The notes below the pieces were generated by a model, which worked only from the letters and a program-made list of their open reading frames with translations, was not told the DNA's origin and ran no database searches. Shown here one piece after another: positions 61,206-64,000 of a DNA stretch of 64,000 nt; position 1 is the first letter of the stretch, and every line of letters begins with the position of its first letter. The stretch lies in the IMG/VR virus record IMGVR_UViG_3300037095_000059, one strand, 5' to 3'. The stretch comes from a virus. Position numbers and translations under genes: made by a program.

Positions 61206-61313
61206 AAAATTTTCCGAGCTTTAGGCTGATCTGCTGGCCAGCTAAAGGGCTAGGCCCACGATCAACTTTTCACTGCACCCTATTTCTAGGGGGTACCCGG
61301 TGTAGGACTTGTT

Positions 61314-61328
61314 GTCCATTACCTGGAC
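61314..61328. repeat. 15-bp motif copy, R: gtccattacctggac
   Basis: Spacer in the tRNA array, between the His and Thr blocks. Confidence 0.9.
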
Positions 61329-61384
61329 GAATCTTGAAGCAAGGTTTACTCTGAAACCCGGCAGAAAAGTCAGACCACTTCGTT

Positions 61385-61412
61385 TGGTAGAACCAGGCAG
61401 GTGTCGCCTGTG
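61385..61412 (-). ncRNA. T-arm/acceptor-like minihelix ending in CCA, immediately 3' of tRNA-Thr(UGU)
   Basis: CAGGC-GACACCU-GCCUG followed by GUUCUA-CCA. There is no room for a 5' half. Confidence 0.3.
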
Positions 61413-61487
61413 TGGAGCGCCCGGACAGATTCAAACTGCCTTCTCCCGGGTACAGGCCGGGCGAATCTTCTGGTATTCTTCAGGCGC
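61413..61487 (-). tRNA. tRNA-Thr(UGU)
   Basis: CCCGG-CCUGUAC-CCGGG (C33). D arm GAAU/AUUC. CCA encoded. Confidence 0.75.
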
Positions 61488-61556
61488 AAATCTCAACTAA
61501 AGACATTGTACCACAGCAGTCTTCAGCTTGTCAACAACTATTTCAGAAAAACTTTG

Positions 61557-61630
61557 TGGAGCCGACGAGGGGAGTTCAACCCCTATTTCTGACGTACCAG
61601 GTCAGCGTTGTAGCGTTGAACCACATCGGC
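61557..61630 (-). tRNA. tRNA-Thr(GGU)
   Basis: CUGAC-CUGGUAC-GUCAG. CCA encoded. Confidence 0.8.
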
Positions 61631-61631
61631 T

Positions 61632-61705
61632 TGGAGCCCGGTCGGGGAATTCAACCCCGGTCTTCGCGGTACGAAGGCGAAAGTCTAGCACTGACCTAAC
61701 CAGGC
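61632..61705 (-). tRNA. tRNA-Thr(CGU)
   Basis: UCGCC-UUCGUAC-CGCGA (one stem mismatch). T arm CGGGG-UUGAAUU-CCCCG. CCA encoded. Confidence 0.7.
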
Positions 61706-61708
61706 GTT

Positions 61709-61723
61709 GTCCATTATCTGGAC
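61709..61723. repeat. 15-bp motif copy, R: gtccattatctggac
   Basis: 3 nt upstream (5') of tRNA-Thr(CGU). Confidence 0.9.
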
Positions 61724-61907
61724 GAAACATTGCCGCTTGAGGGCCGGATGCTTCCCCGGCTTTTACGAACCGCGTGGTAGGGCGGCCAACCTCGGAGTGC
61801 GCATCTCCTGCGGCAAACTAATCGCGCCGTTCCGACCTGCTTAGACCTTCCATAGAAGGCGAGGTTTGCAACCCTCGACAGGCACCTTTCTGGATACTGC
61901 GCGAACT
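61724..61907 (-). ncRNA. unassigned structured spacer S1 (~185 nt)
   Basis: Multiple hairpins: GAGG-GUUGCAAA-CCUC, CCUUC-UAUG-GAAGG, GCCGG-GGAAGCAU-CCGGC. Internal ...CCGCCCUACCA. No cloverleaf found. Confidence 0.35.
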
Positions 61908-61982
61908 TGGAGCGAAGGACCAGACTCGAACTGGCGTCTACGGACTGGCAATCCGAGGTACTAGCCGCTGTACGACCTTCGC
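61908..61982 (-). tRNA. tRNA-Gly(GCC)
   Basis: CGGA-UUGCCAG-UCCG. T arm GCCAG-UUCGAGU-CUGGU. CCA encoded. Confidence 0.8.
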
Positions 61983-61987
61983 AAAAA

Positions 61988-62062
61988 TGGCAGGGGGTAC
62001 TGGAATTGAACCAGTCTTCAGGGCTTCAAAGACCCTTACCTAAACCAATCGGTCAACCCCCT
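61988..62062 (-). tRNA. tRNA-Gln(UUG)
   Basis: AGGGU-CUUUGAA-GCCCU. CCA encoded. Confidence 0.75.
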
Positions 62063-62067
62063 AAACT

Positions 62068-62141
62068 TGGCTCGGGCAGATGGAATCCAACCACCGCCAT
62101 TCGGGTCAGAGCCGAATGTCCTAGCACTAAACGATGCCCGA
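62068..62141 (-). tRNA. tRNA-Gln(CUG)
   Basis: U1-A72. UUCGG-CUCUGAC-CCGAA. CCA encoded. Confidence 0.75.
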
Positions 62142-62149
62142 TTAAATTT

Positions 62150-62225
62150 TGGCTCACCCGGAGGGCCACGATCCCCCAACCTCTCGGTTAACAGCCGAGC
62201 GTTCTGCCAATTGAACTACAGGTGA
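62150..62225 (-). tRNA. tRNA-Asn(GUU)
   Basis: CUCGG-CUGUUAA-CCGAG. D arm GUUC/GAAC. CCA encoded. Confidence 0.8.
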
Positions 62226-62235
62226 ACATTAAACT

Positions 62236-62312
62236 TGGTAGGGTTGATGGAGCTTGCATCCATTAGGGCCTGCGTGAAGGGCAGGGTGCTCGACTACTTT
62301 GCATTCAACCCC
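62236..62312 (-). tRNA. tRNA-Glu(UUC)
   Basis: CCUGC-CCUUCAC-GCAGG (C33). T arm AUGGA-UGCAAGC-UCCAU. CCA encoded. Confidence 0.7.
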
Positions 62313-62404
62313 AAAACTAAAACGGATGGTGGCCCTACACTTCTTACGCCACTGTCGATGAGGCTTAACTTCCCCTCGTTGCCGAGTGTTGCATCCGTTT
62401 AACT
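62313..62404 (-). ncRNA. unassigned ~90-nt structured element S4 closed by an 8-bp helix
   Basis: AACGGAUG...CAUCCGUU closing stem. Internal CUCG-GCAA-CGAG hairpin and an internal GGGCCACCA. Confidence 0.35.
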
Positions 62405-62478
62405 TGGCGGCCTACCAGGGAGTCAAACCCTGATCGTGAGGATGAGGACCTCACATCCTGTCGTTAGAAGAGTAGGCC
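62405..62478 (-). tRNA. tRNA-Glu(CUC)
   Basis: UGAGG-UCCUCAU-CCUCA (C33). T arm CAGGG-UUUGACU-CCCUG. CCA encoded. Confidence 0.75.
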
Positions 62479-62752
62479 AAAACATGGCCGACTTACATCC
62501 CGAAGGAAAGCGGCAAAACTTTGCCGGTCTTTCCCGGCGGTCAGGAGTAGCACTAATCGAGCCTTCTTAACCACGCTCGGGTGGAACCATCAAGGTGAGG
62601 GGTTGCCCACGGTTTCCAAACCGTCTCGTTACTGGACTTCGCTGTGCTCACCACAGCCGCCCTATCCGAGTAGCGCGGAAGAAGGGTGCTCAATTAGCTC
62701 CTTGAGACGGAGGGGAGCCTGTACAAGCCTACCGGCGGGTACAACATCAAAA
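62479..62752 (-). ncRNA. unassigned structured spacer S2 (~270 nt)
   Basis: Dense hairpins: GCUGUG-GUGAG-CACAGC, ACGGUU-UGGA-AACCGU, CCGG-GAAAGA-CCGG, UCC-UUCG-GGA. Long-range CCCGCC/GGGCGG pairing. No ORF and no cloverleaf. Confidence 0.4.
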
Positions 62753-62831
62753 TGGCGCGAGCGAGGGGACTCGAACCCCCGAATAAATCCTCATGGACAG
62801 TGAGGTGCAGTTGCCGCTGTGCTACGCCCGC
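62753..62831 (-). tRNA. tRNA-Asp(GUC)
   Basis: CCUCA-CUGUCCA-UGAGG. T arm GGGGG-UUCGAGU-CCCCU. CCA encoded. Confidence 0.75.
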
Positions 62832-62992
62832 GTAAGATTGTACTCCAGATTATAAGAGATGAATTTTATCACATCTCCCGCTGCCGGGGTATTAAGTCCA
62901 TTGTCTGGATGAAGTTCGCAGTATTTGTCCCACGCAGTCTTGTGCGGACATGGTCTGCTGTAATAATTAGAAATACATTCTTCCAGATTCAT
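62822..62992 (-). CDS. small Cys-containing protein (56 aa) embedded in the tRNA array
   Basis: GAGGAAG RBS. MNLEECISNYYSRPCPHKTAWDKYCELHPDNGL... The degenerate motif 62896 is read as HPDNGL. The stop lies inside tRNA-Asp. Confidence 0.35.
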   Translation of the reverse strand: MNLEECISNYYSRPCPHKTAWDKYCELHPDNGLNTPAAGDVIKFISYNLEYNLTRA

Positions 62993-63004
62993 GCTTCCTC
63001 AAAT

Positions 63005-63081
63005 TGGTTCAGGGAGGGCGATTCGAACGCCGCTATTCATTCGAGCTTATGAGGCTGAATGCCACACCAACGGGCCCCTGT
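63005..63081 (-). tRNA. tRNA-Met(CAU)-type, atypical (A1.A72 mismatch, long anticodon stem)
   Basis: Anticodon loop CUCAUAA. T-loop UUCGAAU. CCA encoded. Confidence 0.55.
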
Positions 63082-63102
63082 ATAAACATTATACCACAAA
63101 AC

Positions 63103-63193
63103 TGGTGCAAGCAGAGGGATTCGAACCCCCAATGTCATCAAAGATAATCCAGATTTACAGTCTGGCGCACCCAACCGTATGTGCCTTACTTGC
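63103..63193 (-). tRNA. tRNA-Tyr(GUA), class II
   Basis: CCAGA-CUGUAAA-UCUGG. D arm GCAC/GUGC. Long variable arm. CCA encoded. Confidence 0.8.
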
Positions 63194-63194
63194 G

Positions 63195-63279
63195 TGGAGG
63201 AGAGCAGCCGAATCGAACGGCCATCCTTGCGGAGCCCCGGTTTTCAAGACCGGCTGTATCACCATCAACAGTGCTCTCC
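63195..63279 (-). tRNA. tRNA-Ser(UGA)
   Basis: CCGGU-CUUGAAA-ACCGG. Long variable arm. CCA encoded. Confidence 0.8.
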
Positions 63280-63525
63280 AAAACTTACCGCAATCCCTGC
63301 GGCCTCACTTTCTGAGCGGTTCAGAGGAAGTGTGTTCAGTAACCCCGAATCCAGGGTGAGCCTTACAGACCGCTAGCGGTACAACGTCAAAACTTAACTC
63401 CCCGACTTCTACGCGACACCTTGCTGAGCTTGTCAGGGCCAGCCGGGCTCGGGGAACCGGGTCATATTCCAACCCTTTGACAAGGGAATAAGGAACAGGG
63501 GACGACCGGCGGCACACGTCAAACA
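63280..63525 (-). ncRNA. unassigned structured spacer S3 (~245 nt)
   Basis: GC-rich helices (CCGG..CCGG, GAGCCCGGCU, ACCGCUAGCGGU palindrome, CUCAC../..GUGAG). No ORF and no cloverleaf. Confidence 0.35.
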
Positions 63526-63612
63526 TGGCGGAAGATGAAGTATCGAAACCTTGTCCATTATCTGGACAGCACCGGGTTCGAGCCGGTTTGGGCACCTTGC
63601 CCGCCATCTTCC
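63526..63612 (-). tRNA. tRNA-Ser(CGA) whose variable arm is a copy of the 15-bp motif
   Basis: ACCGG-CUCGAAC-CCGGU. Variable arm GUCC-AGAUAAU-GGAC (motif copy 63553). Weak T stem. CCA encoded. Confidence 0.65.
63553..63567. repeat. 15-bp motif copy, R: gtccattatctggac
   Basis: Forms the variable arm of tRNA-Ser(CGA). Confidence 0.9.
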
Positions 63613-63617
63613 TAAAA

Positions 63618-63703
63618 TGGCGGAAAGTACAGAACTCGAATCTGAATCCTTGCGGATCGCACCGCTTTCCAAGCGGGCCCAGGCCCTGCCCGGTCTACTT
63701 TCC
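63618..63703 (-). tRNA. tRNA-Ser(GGA)
   Basis: CCGC-UUGGAAA-GCGG. Variable arm GAUCC-GCAA-GGAUU. CCA encoded. Confidence 0.75.
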
Positions 63704-63749
63704 ATTAAGGAAAAACTACCTACTTTTTCTTGCACAAAACTTGACAAAA

Positions 63750-63837
63750 TGGCGGAAGAGGGGAGACTCGAACTCCCAATACCCGAAGGTATCGCTGCCT
63801 TAGCAGAGCAGTGCAGTACCAATTGTGCCACTCTTCC
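63750..63837 (-). tRNA. tRNA-Ser(GCU)
   Basis: CUGCU-CUGCUAA-GGCAG. Variable arm AUACC-UUCG-GGUAU. T arm GGGAG-UUCGAGU-CUCCC. CCA encoded. Confidence 0.8.
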
Positions 63838-63842
63838 AAACT

Positions 63843-63925
63843 TGGTGCCGATGAGGGGGATCGAACCCCTACCCCGAAGGACTAGGTTTTGAATCTAGCG
63901 TGGCTCCCAATTACACCACATCGGC
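63843..63925 (-). tRNA. tRNA-Leu(CAA)
   Basis: CUAG-(A)UUCAAAA(C)-CUAG. Variable arm with a UUCG loop. CCA encoded. Confidence 0.7.
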
Positions 63926-63929
63926 AAAG

Positions 63930-64000
63930 CTACTCTTCGTCACACCCGACGTACTCAGACAAAGCGTCGGCAGCCTCGACGTAAGCCCGGCGAAGTTTGT
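63930..64000 (-). CDS. C-terminal end of a gene that continues beyond the window
   Basis: Frame reads ...KLRRAYVEAADALSEYVGCDEE, stop at 63930. Open to the window edge. Confidence 0.3.
   Translation of the reverse strand, partial: KLRRAYVEAADALSEYVGCDEE

Noticed and set aside
60992-61412. The tRNA 3'-half fragments could be attP cores for integration into host tRNA genes.
   Set aside because: No integrase, excisionase or recombination directionality gene is present in the window. The fragments sit inside a tRNA array, where partial duplications are a simpler explanation. Without the host genome this cannot be excluded.
62479-63525. Structured spacers S2 and S3 could be tmRNA or RNase P RNA.
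   Set aside because: They lack the tRNA-like acceptor and T-arm ends and a tag reading frame for tmRNA. They also lack the conserved RNase P strings (GAGGAAAGUCCGGGC, ACAGAACCCGGCUUA), apart from a short GAAGUCC. At about 245-270 nt they are too short for bacterial RNase P. I left them as unassigned.

Overview
This window looks like part of a large tailed dsDNA phage or prophage genome. Bases 1-12036 carry plus-strand replication and nucleotide-metabolism genes: a primase-helicase, a DnaN-like clamp, a sigma factor, endonuclease VII, a metallophosphoesterase, a HAD phosphatase, a dNTP-diphosphohydrolase-like protein, DUF1643 and HNH endonucleases. They end at a convergent hairpin terminator near 12.15 kb. 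The rest is transcribed on the minus strand. It starts with a roughly 5.4 kb array of at least 36 tRNA genes (58.5-63.9 kb), interspersed with small ORFs and unassigned structured spacers. Next come lysis-like membrane proteins, large terminase, portal, a scaffold candidate and a major capsid gene split by group I introns, followed by accessory genes (GroES, histidine phosphatase, KTSC). Last are tail and fibre genes and a single 3043-aa ORF. The strongest unexplained signals are four. (1) A 15-bp motif, GTCC-RRNT-AATGGAC, occurs 37 times on both strands, in intergenic junctions, inside ORFs, in an intron P8 hairpin and as a tRNA variable arm. (2) The capsid gene is interrupted by a LAGLIDADG-containing group I intron and a small ORF-less one, and is followed by two more homologous group-I-like cores and a free-standing GIY-YIG gene. 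(3) The tRNA array is arranged in isoacceptor blocks and has atypical features: C33 in 8 tRNAs, CCA-ended minihelices and four unassigned structured RNAs. (4) Two signal-peptide-bearing beta-helix fibre proteins share identical sequence cassettes. All calls come from reading the sequence by eye. No database search or folding program was run.
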